DNA of 64,000 bases from Lytechinus pictus (Eukaryota), in NCBI RefSeq assembly GCF_037042905.1, contig NC_087251.1, forward strand, positions 15,316,001-15,380,000. Direction: 5' to 3'. The notes under the pieces were generated by a model that was not told where the DNA came from, searched no databases, and saw only the letters and a list, made by a program, of their open reading frames with translations. The position numbers and the translations under genes are program-made. Each line of letters opens with the position of its first letter. The stretch's first letter is position 1. Below are positions 39,265 to 51,617 of this stretch, piece by piece.

Positions 39265-41616
39265 TATGCAGCGAGGAAACTACATGGAGAATGAGAGGGG
39301 GTAGAGATTGGAGAGAGGCAAACAGATTTGAACACAGACAGCTAGAGAGATAGAGAGGCAGGATTGAGGATGGGAGGGAAGAGTGAAAAGGAGAACAGGG
39401 GGAGGATGGAGATAGAGGGAGACAGAGACAGACAGATTGATGTCATTCCAACAAAAAAGAGTTGTAGAAAAAAATATATATGCAGCAGAAAGAAGGGGGA
39501 AGGGTACAGACAATAGAAGGGGCAAGAGATATCCCTTTCAAAGTGGTTGTTCAGTGCAAATCTATGCAGAATTTTACCTACATATTTTCTCGTATTTATG
39601 TGATTGCTATACTTTGAAGGAAATATTACCTGTTGAGAGCCAATTAGTAGAAAGTTATGTTTTGAATGAAAAGAGAATCACATGACTTGGTCTTTGAAAG
39701 TGTATTTTGATACACTTACAAGTGTGTTATATTGCCTAATTAGGTCATCGTCAACCACACTGTACTGAATAAGCTGACCTCAGCTCTTTTTTTTTTATAT
39801 ATCACTCCCTCAATCAATAATTCCATCTATACCCAGTCCATGTTACCCCATTCAGTCTACCCCCTGTTCATGCATGTAAAATCATAGATCCATGTATACC
39901 CATAGTAAAATTATACCAAGGCAGCTCTCACTGCAATGGAATACCCTGGTATTACTTCCTCCTCGTTATTCCTCCAAGGTATACATTTTAAACTGTCTCT
40001 GGACTGATAACCCAGACAAAGTCTGAAACCCGTCACCCAAGTTTTCATACAAACACGGAACCAACTGCATTATTCCTTTCCATTGTCTCTCCCCTTTGTA
40101 CCACCTGATTGTGTTTGCTCTATGAGCATTAGACTTGGCCAACACACACAACACCCGAGAACCCCCGTTATAATAATGCATGCAAATAGCACCCAAAGCA
40201 GATGCGTGATTGACAGCTCCATGTCATGCATTATTCATGAGAAATGCATTATGCATGAGGGATTGCTCGTGTTTTGCAAGGTGGTTTGATGAATATGCAT
40301 GAGTTTCATAGCATGGCCTGTTTTAGCCTTCTCTGGTGCTACTGCTGATGAAAATTATTGATAAAGTCATGATGTATCTTTTAAAAATAAATATTCATGT
40401 CATTTTTTACAAACTTTTGCATGACATATACTCATTCAAGCTAAAATGAACAGGTTGATTTTATTTTTAACAATTGGGATGATTTAAGCTATATATGGTA
40501 TTACTTTCAATTGATACTGTGAAAATTTCATTAGTATTTAGGTTTCATTATTCCCAGTATTTTTACATGATTCTGTTGTCATGTATGTTTTGTTTTACTG
40601 AGAATTCCAAAAAGGTTGAAAAAATTAGAATTTTACCATCTATTAAAATTATGAGTTTGTGTCCAGATACAAGTAGTTTATATCCATTGTTATGATATAT
40701 ATATTTCATTCATTGCTGATATAGTTATATATTTTCAATAAATGATATTGACATTTTTCATAACTTTTTGAATTTTACATAATGTTTACTAACCAGTTCA
40801 GTTAAAATGGTACCAAACATGAAAACAATATCACTTAATACTGCAATCAGCTTGCATACATTTCATGCTATTTCAGTATTTCCTGAAGCAAACAAGCTTC
40901 AAAATTCAAACAAAATTTTGTTAAAAAGATCATGCCTGCTTTTTTAATACCTATACACCTGAATTATTTCTGTGTCAAGTCAAAATATCAAGCAGTTATT
41001 TTTATTTTAAAATTCTGTATTTTTCAAGCATCTAAATATAAAATAAATCTTATGAAATGCAACAAAACTTCATGAATTATGATGTCCATGGCTTACAGAG
41101 CATAATTAGGGTGCAGTTGGCTAATTTAAGTTTATTTCTTTGACAAAATCCGAGAAAAAAAATGATGAAGCTATCTTGCATGTAGCTACTGAGCTATCTC
41201 TCAATTTGCATTGTTGTTTTGAAAAATTGTATTAGTGTTCTTTTACAAAATGTAAACAACTTTGATTTTTATTTCAAACCATATGTGTGTTTCTTGCACT
41301 TGACTTGGCTCAAAATTCACTTGAAACAAAATCTATGGAGTTCTGGTTTGCATTAAAAAATGATTAAACAGAAAGCCCCCCCCCCCCCCTCAATAAAAAA
41401 CAAACTTTAACTGATAATTGGAGCTGTGGTTTGCTTTAGAAAAAAAATGATTGAAGACAAAATACACCCCCACGAAACATAATACATAATATGGGTTTTG
41501 TTTTACTTTAAGACACAGGAAGGGTTCAGAAATAATGTTTCCATTGCTTGATATCAATCATTAATGTTTAACTTATCATCCATGTTTATTTCTTATGTAT
41601 TCCTAACACTTTCTAG

Positions 41617-41772
41617 CAAGCTGATCGGGCTTCTTGTTGGCACGCGAATCTTAGAAGATGCTCGGGAGATCACAGGCAGTATCAAACACTCTCTACATGT
41701 GCCTCGGGTTGCTAGGCGACAGACATCATCACTGATCAATGTGCCTGGATATGGCATGCCCTCAGCGAGGAG
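41617..41772 (+). CDS. RyR: RyR exon (DR1): KLIGLLVGTRILEDAREIT...GMPSAR(R)
   Basis: ttctag / GTGAAG; phase 2->2 fits neighbours; resembles RyR FGGGLVEGAKKVTV segment. Confidence 0.85.
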
Positions 41773-42794
41773 GTGAAGATTCCTCTCTTTCTCCTTTTCC
41801 AATGTCAGCATCCCATTCCCCCTAAATTCTGTCTTTCTCCACCTTATGTTACGTTTTTTTTTTATCTTCCTTCATTTTCTTTTGATCCTATAGCAGGCAA
41901 ATTAAGATTTGCATTGCAACTTATGTGACCCAGATATTTTGAAAAAATAGTGTTATGCACTAGCACATATATTTTTTGCCAAGATAAGTGTTGCAGAAGT
42001 TGCTTTGCAAATGTCCTGCTTTGGTTAATTTATTCATTTCTATTGGTTATGTTTAAATTTGGATTAAAGATTGCATTAGTGAACCCAACCCCTGATTCCC
42101 GAATTCCCCACTTTTTCCATCTTTCCTCTGCTCTGCTCTTCTACAGCTGTCACCTTTTTCCAATTCTTCCATTCTTTTTCTTTCCATCATGTTTTCTTTA
42201 ACATCCTTGTGTGTCACTTCTTTTTCCTCTTACTACATCATCTGTGAGATTCTTTCTCTTCTTTACCAATCACTTCCCACTTCTTCCCCCTTTTTCATCA
42301 TTTTCACTCCTCAGCCCCCCCCCCCACCCCACCCACCCATGCTACTCTTCTTCTTGTTGTTATTTTGTATTACAACAACTCTTTATGACTTATAACAACT
42401 CTTTTTTATTCCAACTTCAGCTTGTGGGTTCAAGCAGCCATGAAGCAATTTGCAATTTTTAAAAGACTAGTTTCATAGATGGATTGAACAAACATGATAT
42501 AAATTTTTCCTGTATTTTGTCGTAACCTTCTGTATTTGATAAGTAAGCATGAATCACCACATGATTTTCTACTTATAAGATTTCATTCTAAAAGTGGCAT
42601 GTCATTCATTTTAGTTGTTTGTTTCTAAGACAAATGAATGCTTGTGAACTTAATATCGGTTTTATATCATTCGGTATTAATACCTGACAATGCGCCTCGG
42701 AATAGATTATTTCTTGATAGATGGTGCAATACAAATGCCTATTTTCATTATTATTATTGTTATTATTATTGTTTGAAAGTTTGAAAGTGGGGAT

Positions 42795-42990
42795 TTTTTT
42801 TACCTGATTGCTAAAAAAGCATGAATGCTTGTAAGCAAGCAACCAGAGGACCGACGGCTTAAAGTCCTCTCCGAAGGACCTGGTAATGAGGATTAATGCC
42901 TTACCAAAGGGCACTAGCGCACCAAGTGGGAATCAAACCCGGATCACCAGAATACGAATCCCCCGCTCTACCGACTGAGCTATCGCGCCT
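42795..42990 (-). mobile_element. tRNA-derived SINE
   Basis: Minus strand GGCGCGATAGCTCAGTCGGTAGAGC (A box) ... GGTTTGATTCC (B box), core GTGCCCTTTGGTAAGGCA...AAGCCGTCGGTCC, A-rich tail. Confidence 0.85.
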
Positions 42991-43710
42991 ATTTATTATT
43001 ATTATTGTTATTATTATTATTGATGATAATGATGATCACTAATGTTTATAGATAATGAAAACAATAATAAAAATAATGAAAAGAATGTTTATATAATGAT
43101 AAAAAAATAATATGGTGCCTGTTCATCAAATGTGTTTTTTCTGAGGTGCACATGAAAATAGTAGAAGAGAGTTTGAATATGCTTCATAGTCTTATTGACT
43201 GGTATTCGTAAAGACTTCAATGTCTAAAAGAATGTTAGAACTTCAATCAGGTTGAAATATTTCCAAACAGAATGTGGTGCAACTGAGAAAGCCCTTTCAA
43301 AGCAATTTGCAACTCTTCTTGTGGGAATCTTTAGAAGATTGCAATGCATTGATATCAGGATATTACCTGACATATAATTCATGACAAGATCTTGTGAATA
43401 TCTAATTGTTCATTGATATTCATTAATTAGGATTCTTTGTAAGTATAGTATAATAATATATATATTATATGTGTCTCCTTCCAAGACACTAAAAAAGTCA
43501 AATTTCATATTGATCATGAGTATATCTTCAAAATGTTAATCACTAGTTGACCTTTTCTTCGTGTAATATACTTGTATAACCATAGTAACTAAATGCAATT
43601 TTCATTTTCAACATGATTTTCTTGTGGTATACAATATTTCTTTTACCTTTGGTAAATTAAAAAATATATTTAAGCTATGTATTTTTTCATTTTGTTCTAT
43701 TCCAATTTAG

Positions 43711-43767
43711 GAACTTTGGTTTCTGGCGATATTTTACCTCTCAGTATTTTACCAATCTTAATTCAAT
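43711..43767 (+). CDS. Candidate 57-nt cassette exon in DR1: (R)NFGFWRYFTSQYFTNLNS(M)
   Basis: Pyrimidine tract + tttag acceptor, GTAAGG donor, phase 2->2, no stop; no homology support. Confidence 0.35.
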
Positions 43768-44499
43768 GTAAGGTGTAGTCTTTAGTCAAACAGAATATAG
43801 CTTTCTAATCACACTCTCTCTCTCTCTGACACAAAATCCTTGCTTTCCATCACAGAATAGATTCTATTCACATAAAATGGTTAGATTACCAATTAAAAAA
43901 AACATATATATCCTCTCTATGTTCTTTATGTGATTCTTTCAATGTGCTGTATTTATATGTGCGTCCTCCACAAACAGTGCTTGAGACACTACATTTTGCT
44001 TAAAATTATCTAAGACCAAAGTTTTCTAATTCAGTGGTATAAACCTTCACCCTTTCAAAATTGTGAAAGAAAAAAATGTTGGTAACCTACTTTGCCCTTC
44101 AGTAATTTGCTCTATGCGCTGTAATAAATAACATTTCTATTTCATATTTTTGATGTTTTAGCATTTTTTGAACAAATTTTATAAATTGCAGCTCCTATTG
44201 CCGCCCTTTGTGTTTAATGTTTGAATTTACATTTAAAGTAATAAGTAAAGACTTGTATATGAGACTCGTACATAAATATAATGAGATACATTTTTTAGAT
44301 ATTTCTTTTGATGATGTTTATTAAGTTAAGTTTACTATATTGAAAATAATATCATAAGTCATTGATTTGGTTTGGTTCAAACTTTTCATCGTGATTCACT
44401 ACCATTTCTCTAATGCAAGTCTTGATTATAAATATACATGTTTGAAGTGTTGAAAAAAAACCCTGATAAATAGCTTTAGAATTCTTTTCTATATTTTTT

Positions 44500-45095
44500 T
44501 TTTTACGGGACGTATTATGGTATCACACTGGGTGTCTGTTTGTCCGTCTGTCTGTCCATCCGTCCGTCCCTTAAGTTTCCTTGTAAACACGATAACTTCA
44601 GTTTATCTTAATCTAGGCTCATATAATTTGGTGTGTATTATACTAGCAGGGATCCCAGGAAGCCTATAGATTTTGAGGTCAAAAGGTCAAAGGTCAAGGT
44701 CACAGTGACATGTTTTCATCTTACCCTTCTCAAGTCCTTGTAAACACAATAAATTCAGTTTAACTTAACCTAGGCTCATATAAGTTGGTGTGTATGATAC
44801 TAGCATGGTTCCCAGGAAGCCTATTGATTTTGAGGTCAAAAGGTCACAGGTCAAGGTCACAGTGACATGTTTTCATCTTACCCTTCTCAAGTCCTTGTAA
44901 ACGCAATAACTTCAATTTGATTTAACCTAGGCTCATGTAATTTGGTGTGTATGATACTAGCATCGATCTATCGATTTGAGGTCAAAAGGTCAAAGGTCAA
45001 GTTGCCACCTTCCACTTTTCTTACTTGACCAATAACTCCATTTTCCGCGTTACAGGTGGGCATATTATGTGCTCGCCCCAGCAAAACTCATTGTT
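44500..45095 (+). mobile_element. Second Helentron-associated (HINE/DINE-like) family
   Basis: (GTCC/GTCT)n microsatellite followed by about three ~160-bp units with GGTCAAAGGTCAAGGTCAC, 3' hairpin-like end, T-run insertion site. Confidence 0.75.
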
Positions 45096-45136
45096 GTTTG
45101 GAGGGGGAAATAGAGGGTTTCAGGTTTTGTAGCTTA

Positions 45137-45527
45137 TACCCCTTTCATAAACCCAATAAAACATATCCTCCAATTAGCCGCCTAAGAGTAGTGCGGATAA
45201 TTCAATAAAAATTGCGTTCACAAACTCCATAAATTATTTTTACGAGCGCCCGTCCTGAAAAAGGCGGATAATCGTCATGACAACTGGACATGCCCCCTCC
45301 AATGCGGTTGTGTTGGAAAAGGGTGACCTTGTGACCGCACCATGGCAATTATCCGCATTATTTGGAAATACGTTCATAAACTCAAAATCTTGTCCCGATG
45401 CCGCTATTATGCGGATAATAGCAGCATCAGAATAATGCGGATAACTCTTGTCCTCCTCTGATTTTACGACCAAATTATGCTGCTATTAGCCGCATAATTG
45501 TGTTTTATTGGGTTTATGAAAGGGGTA
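45137..45527. mobile_element. PIF/Harbinger (Tourist-like) MITE
   Basis: TTA|TACCCCTTTCATAAACCCAATAAAACA ... TGTTTTATTGGGTTTATGAAAGGGGTA|TTA. Confidence 0.88.
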
Positions 45528-46940
45528 TTAGATTGTTATATTTCAAATCATCATACAAATTGTATTTTCATGTGGTAAGTTAGAATATTATGTTGTCTTT
45601 ATTAATCGATTCATCTCGACATTTTCATGTTTCTTTCCTTTTCCGTTAATTGTCTAAAAGTATTCCTCTGTGTCTGAAATACTTCATCATATTTGTCTGT
45701 GTTTGTGCTTTTTTATGTCTCTTCAGAACTGGGCTTTTACAGTTTCATATCTCTCTTTGTTTCTCTCATTCCATAAATCTGCAATGAAAATGCTCTATTT
45801 TACTACATGGTTATTAAGCACAAATATACAACATTATTCACAAATCTAACCATATTAGCTAGGCTTCTCTTTTATTAAACAACTTATGCTAGATGGCTGT
45901 AGTATCTATTATCTTCATTTTCCTAACCATCACCAGCCAACTTCTTGCATATATGTTACATTAGCAAACTAATTTTTCATTACTTTTTTCCCCAATTGAA
46001 TATTCAGCAAAGATTTTTTTTTTAATCATTCAAATTGCCATTGTAATCATAAATTTAAAACTATTTCCATTTTGAAAATAATCAAGTATTATATGAATGC
46101 TACTTCCTATCTCCACCATTCTCCCTCATATTTTCAAATCCCATCAAAGAAGTCATATATGCTTTAGATTTTCCTGGAAGATAATTTTAGAAAAAGTAAA
46201 GGTATTGACACATTACACTTAGAAATACAATGGTAACATTCCTTACTAATACATATATTTTCATAATGTACTGCATTGACATTTTATATTTCTGCAGTAC
46301 GAATATTACTTTTAAAGCATTGGTTGTCATGTAGATATAAAACAGTTTTCCCATTCGGCTCAACCATCTAAACATCAAACAATTTCCAGTGATGACTTAA
46401 TCAGTTAAATGAAGACACTTTACAGTGACATATTCATCATAGGGGGAAGTCAATCTTGACACCAAGTTGGTAAATCAAAGTGAAAAAGTGAGACAAACAG
46501 GTAGTTTAAGTGATCAATTTGTCAACAAAATCATTTTTTTTAATGTCAAAGCTTAATATTGTGTTAATCACAGGCTACCTGCTCCATCCAGTGGCACCAG
46601 AATGTTCTGGGTAGACAAAAGTTGGAGATGATTCAAGTTCATTGTGTTGGGTGGACATTTACTTCAGCATGCCACAAAATTTGAAATTAATTTTGGTTTG
46701 GGACGACTCTCCCTAGGTGTAAACCCTTCAAAGACTTGATTTGAGACATTTCTGTAGACTCAATTAGGTGATGAAACACTAGCATCAACACCGAACTTGA
46801 AATAACCCAATGGTTTGTCCATCCAATTTTTTGTATGCTCACAATAATCAAGTGCCACTGTCTCCGTCATATGCTGTACATCATGAGGTCAATAAATTGC
46901 CACTGTTTTAGGGTTCCCTAAGAATTAATATATTTGTCTT

Positions 46941-47215
46941 CAGGGGCGGATCCAGCTTTTTGTAAAGGGGGGGGGGGGTTGGGGTGGTATGCGAGGGAGC
47001 GTAGCAACCGAGTCCAAGCGAGCGGAGCGAGCGAGGGGGAGGGTGTGGGAGGGGGGTGTCCCCCCTCCCACAGTAGGGAAAATTTTTGAAAATCTGTGTG
47101 TGAAAATGGCGTTTTCTTGCATAAAAAAAAAGATAAGATTTTAAAAAATGGTCCCCGGATTTTTTTTTTGGGGGGGGTTGCAACCCCCCCAACCCCCCCT
47201 CTAGATCCGCTTCTG
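46941..47215. mobile_element. GC-rich MITE with 5-bp TSD (hAT-like CAG ends)
   Basis: GTCTT|CAGGGGCGGATCCAG ... CTAGATCCGCTTCTG|GTCTT. Confidence 0.85.
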
Positions 47216-47396
47216 GTCTTAATAGAAACATCAGTCTGAAAACTTTTATCATATTAGATGTTCAAGTAGATATCATTTCAAATTCTTAAAGAGATGATTC
47301 ATTGGAATCTGTAGTACAAGTCATCAGTAGTGTGTGAGAGAGTTTCTGAGATGCATTCCCATACTTCATGTTATATTTTATTTTCCCTCTATTCAG

Positions 47397-47607
47397 GGAC
47401 ACTGTGTCCGCCTTTGGCATTGATTTCTTGAAAGGCAAGGGTGGTGGAGGCAACGATCAGTACAAGCTGAGGATGAGGAGGAAACGGAGACCTTTGACCC
47501 CATCATCTAGCTTTGACTTTGAAGAAGAGATGTCCATGGACAATATGCCTCCACACACCCCCTCCGAAGCCTCAGATAGTTCTTTCGATTCAGGGGCCAT
47601 GGCAAAG
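47397..47607 (+). CDS. RyR: RyR exon (DR1): DTVSAFGIDFLKGKGGGGNDQYKL...SGAMAK
   Basis: attcag / GTAGGG; resembles RyR FGLDLKREGGQYKL. Confidence 0.9.
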
Positions 47608-47878
47608 GTAGGGATTGCACTCCTTTATTTGCTTTTATATGATATGGAATTTTGATGTGTCTGTGGTATAAACTGATTATAGTGAATAGTGATAAACCAA
47701 TGTTTGTAATTTGGCATATGTTACAGAGCTGAGGTAAGTTAAACATTTTCCTGCCCAATTGACCAAAAAAAGTCAATATGACCCTGCGTGTTTAATGTTC
47801 AATTGGATAAGGAGAAAGTATATGATGGCCTCCAAAATTTGAACTAATTTTAATGTTCGGAGCCCTTCTTTTTTCCAG

Positions 47879-47937
47879 ACTGAATTTCCCATGCCTGACA
47901 TGTCAAGTGGACGTCGTGATAGCACTGTCTTCCCTAG
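47879..47937 (+). CDS. RyR: RyR exon (DR1): TEFPMPDMSSGRRDSTVFP(S)
   Basis: ttttccag / GTAAGT; phase 0->2 bridges neighbouring exons. Confidence 0.85.
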
Positions 47938-48200
47938 GTAAGTACAGGTGCTTTTCCATTGACTATTAGATTGTTGTCAAAGTACCTCTTGATGTGTCTA
48001 TAATGATGATGGTGATGTTGATAATGTGAATGATGATGATGATGGGGAAGATGTTGATGGTGATGTTAATGATTCACATCATTCAATGCAAGCACCTTGA
48101 AAATTGTTATCATGCCGAGGACTTGCAAAGAACGCAAGTCCAGAGTTATGCTTTTAGGTGTTCTGTATTAATGAAAGGAGACAAAAAAGGGGTAAGACAT

Positions 48201-49303
48201 GGGCCCGTATTCTGAAGTCAGGTTTAACTTAGACCACAGTCTAACTCTGTACTAAAATTATGGGAAGCCAAGAAATGAAAAAATAAGTTTATATTGTATA
48301 TTGCTTATGTTTAATATTTTGTTTCCTTTTGCTTTTATAATGTAGAAAATACTTCAGTTATCATTCCCAGACAATTATGAACAATTTGGGTGTCATTTGA
48401 GTTAATAAATTGAATGTTTACTGTTAGGGATTTGTGCCCCAATTGGCTCTCCATACTTAAACCACAACTTTAAACCAGGGGCCGTATTCTGAAAATTGTC
48501 TTAAGAGAAATATTCTTGCATCTTTAGAGTTACAATAAAATCTGTATTCCGAAAATTCTTGTATCTTTTCTTGTAACTTTCGCTGAGCGCGTATGATGTC
48601 AGAGCTAGAATTATGCATAAAGTTAAAAAACGGCGCATAAATATCCCTTTGCGCAAGATAACATATCAAGATAAAAGTTATTCTGAAAATTTTCTTATCT
48701 TAGCGTTCTGTTAACTTCCTTGCAAAATACAAGAAAATTTACAAGAGGTAGGGGGCTATCGTAACTTATTGTTGCATGCGATATTTGTCCGTCTGCAATA
48801 ATTATTTCTTGCTGCATCCCGCAAGAACATGTTTTACAAAAGGAGACATTCCAAAGACATTATAACGACAGATTGGTAGACTTTTCAGCAATTAAAAATT
48901 GGTGTTCGAGACGATGAATCTTTTCAGAAGAAAATATATCTTTGAGAAGAGCCATGTGTATTTTTTAGCACAGAAGCGCACAAGCATGAGCGTCGGGAGC
49001 GCAAGGAAATTACGCCTCATATCAACAATGTGCTTCATTATTTTTTCAGAAGAGACGCTTCTATTGGTTGACCTAAGCATGTAACAAGCTTAATGATTGG
49101 TTGATGATGACATATTGGGCGTGTCAGAGATAAAATAGGGGACGTCCTTACAGAGATAAGACAATTTTCAGAATACCAATTTAAGAGAATTTTAGCGAGC
49201 TGTTATCTTGCTGACTTACAAGAAAAGTTACAAAAAAAGTTAAGACAATTTTCAGAATACCACCCCAGGGTTTAATTTAAATCAGACTTCAGAATACGGG
49301 CCC
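48201..49303. mobile_element. MITE (outer, host of a nested element)
   Basis: AT|GGGCCCGTATTCTGAAGTC ... GACTTCAGAATACGGGCCC|AT. Confidence 0.85.
48479..49265. mobile_element. Nested Harbinger-type non-autonomous element, CAG TSD
   Basis: CAG|GGGCCGTATTCTGAAAATTGTCTTAA ... TTAAGACAATTTTCAGAATACCACCC|CAG. Confidence 0.85.
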
Positions 49304-49476
49304 ATTGTATTTGTTCAGATATTTCCAGCATGTTCGGAAAGTTTATATTTGCCATTACGATATCATTTTGAATGTCCATTTACAGAATTAAGATGCATGT
49401 CCAGTTAGTGTGCTAGTGCCATTTTGTAAGGCATTTGTACTTCTCACTGGACTGCAGGCACTGACTCATATTTGAT

Positions 49477-49800
49477 TCTTCAAGCAATAACAGGTCTACA
49501 GTGAAGACTAGACTCCAAAGACTCTTCAAGCAATAACAGGTCTACAGTGAAGACTAGACTCCAAAGACTCTTCAAGCAATAACAGGTCTACAGTGAAGAC
49601 TAGACTCCAAAGACTCTTCAAGCAATAACAGGTCTACAGTGAAGACTAGACTCCAAAGACTCTTCAAGCAATAACAGGTCTACAGTGAAGACTAGACTCC
49701 AAAGACTCTTCAAGCAATAACAGGTCTACAGTGAAGACTAGACTCCAAAGACTCTTCAAGCAATAACAGGTCTACAGTGAAGACTAGACTCCAAAGACTC
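49477..49800. repeat. Perfect 46-bp minisatellite, 7 copies
   Basis: TCTTCAAGCAATAACAGGTCTACAGTGAAGACTAGACTCCAAAGAC head-to-tail, no spacers. Confidence 0.97.
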
Positions 49801-50198
49801 TGTGTCAAATAAGACACAAGGTAGAGCCAGCCACAGTACATAGTGTATTATGCAAATTGCGAAAATCAAGGGTCTATGCCTGCAGCCTAACTCAAAGACA
49901 CCTTAAAGCTGTTGGTCCTCTGGTTGCTTACAAACAAGCATTCATGATATAACCGCCACTACCACCATTTTTGCAATCATGGTGGGCTCCCATTTTTCCA
50001 CAAGAAAGTAATTTTCAACCTTCATTTTATACAGATCTCAGTTATTTTGATTTTCATTTAACTGACACCATTGGAAAAAACTCTTTTCTAGATATTTTTG
50101 TATGGGAAAAATGCATTTTCCTCAAAATTATGAAAAGGGCAGCATGTTCCTTACCGCTTTTAAGATAAACAAAGCAATGAAGTGTTGTTTCTATGCAG

Positions 50199-50301
50199 TC
50201 TCTTCCTAGCAACCGAGATGCCATCAACCCAAGTGAAAGAGGAGGAAGAAGAAGATCCTGTTTATGAACCTCAGATGACAAGGGTCAAACAAACTGTTCT
50301 G
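50199..50301 (+). CDS. RyR: RyR exon: LFLATEMPSTQVKEEEEEDPVYEPQMTRVKQTVL
   Basis: atgcag / GTAAAT; phase 2->0; acidic stretch preceding S1. Confidence 0.85.
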
Positions 50302-50384
50302 GTAAATTTAAACTTGATAATGATATCATAATAATTATCAAAAATATGAAAGGACTGATGTTATAAAAATATCTACATATGTTA

Positions 50385-50486
50385 TGGATGATAATGAAAG
50401 TAGTCTTAAAAATAGTAATAATAATGATAATGATAATAATGATGATAATGATGGTGATGATGATGATGGTGATGATGATGATGATG

Positions 50487-50524
<38 letters not shown>

Positions 50525-50545
50525 ATAATAATCAATGATAGTAGA
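50385..50545. repeat. (GAT/AAT)n microsatellite
   Basis: Direct reading. Confidence 0.9.
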
Positions 50546-50672
50546 AATTGTAATAATGAGAATGGTATTGGTTTTATTGTTAATGGAAGAATGACTGCAA
50601 TGATGAAATTCTTTATATTCATTAGTGTTTCTGTAGATATATATATTTTCACAGTACATTTTCTCCATACAG

Positions 50673-50759
50673 AGTCTGTTTGCTAGGAACTTCTACAACA
50701 TCAAATATATTGCTCTTGCATTGGTCTTCTGTATAAACTTCCTTCTTCTCTTCTTCAAG
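50673..50759 (+). CDS. RyR: RyR exon, S1: [29 protein letters not shown]
   Basis: atacag / GTATTC; matches RNFY...AINFILLFYK. Confidence 0.96.
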
Positions 50760-51365
50760 GTATTCATTTCATTACATGGAATGAGCATGATTGTGATGGT
50801 GATTTTAAGTAATTGATAAAAATGTATTTTGATGGTGATAATTGTTTTGATTATCATGATTATTGTAATGTTAATATTTCTTTACAAATCTGATATGGAT
50901 GGGAAATTGCAATGATGATGAATCGATATATGTTAACAAACAAAATTGATATTAGCAAGTGTAATGGTTATTAAGGTAGTGGATAATAACACTTATGTCA
51001 TGACTGAATAATATATATGATGGTTGTAATGAGGATTATGCTATAAGTTGAATCAAATTATTGCTATTGAAATGGATGATTGTGATTGTGATAATTGTAG
51101 TTATATTATTTATTACAAATGATGATGAATGTAATGATGAATAGATATATTGTTCCAAATATAAAAAAAAAATATTGATTGATGATGTACAAGCAATGAA
51201 TATTAGTGATTATTGATATGATAATGGATATATTATTATATGGCCTCCATCATAAAGATTTATAGTTGATTGCAATTGGTAAGAAAAGTCATTCACAATT
51301 TAAATTAGTTTTAGAGCTTTATGAGATGGTGGAAGTCTATTCTAAGTGTACTTTTATTCCATCAG

Positions 51366-51617
51366 GTTTCTTTCCTGACTGCTGACCTGAGCATGGAGGA
51401 AGTAGATCCAGAGCTCCCTGCAGAGTTCCTAGAGAATTCCACCTCACCTGATAGTCCAGATACAGGAGATGGTGAAGATGGATCAACGATAGATGATGTG
51501 ATAGAACAGATTCTTATCAATCAGCAGTTCATGTATCTTGTACCTATCTTGAATGTTCTTTCCATCCTTCATTCATTGGTGTCTATCTCTATGCTGATTG
51601 CATACTGTGCACTCAAG
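51366..51617 (+). CDS. RyR: RyR exon, S1-S2 luminal loop and S2: VSFLTADL...HSLVSISMLIAYCALK
   Basis: atcag / GTAAGT. Confidence 0.95.

Noticed and set aside
26539..41616. Nested protein-coding gene in the 15-kb intron
   Set aside because: I could not assemble a coherent exon chain or recognisable protein on either strand by eye; small exons cannot be excluded without RNA data.
42421..42478. Alternative terminal exon after a long pyrimidine tract
   Set aside because: The acceptor is plausible, but it gives only a short frame to TAG, with no donor, homology or clear polyadenylation support.
42915..42990. Functional tRNA gene
   Set aside because: A and B boxes are present, but the B box is mutated, the anticodon arm pairs poorly, and the sequence continues into a SINE core and A-tail.
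49477..49800. CRISPR-like array
   Set aside because: Units are contiguous identical 46-mers with no unique spacers, there are no cas genes, and the context is a eukaryotic intron.
50210..50301. Alternative acceptor (cttcctag) for exon 50199
   Set aside because: It shifts the frame and hits TGA; the upstream AG preserves the RyR frame.
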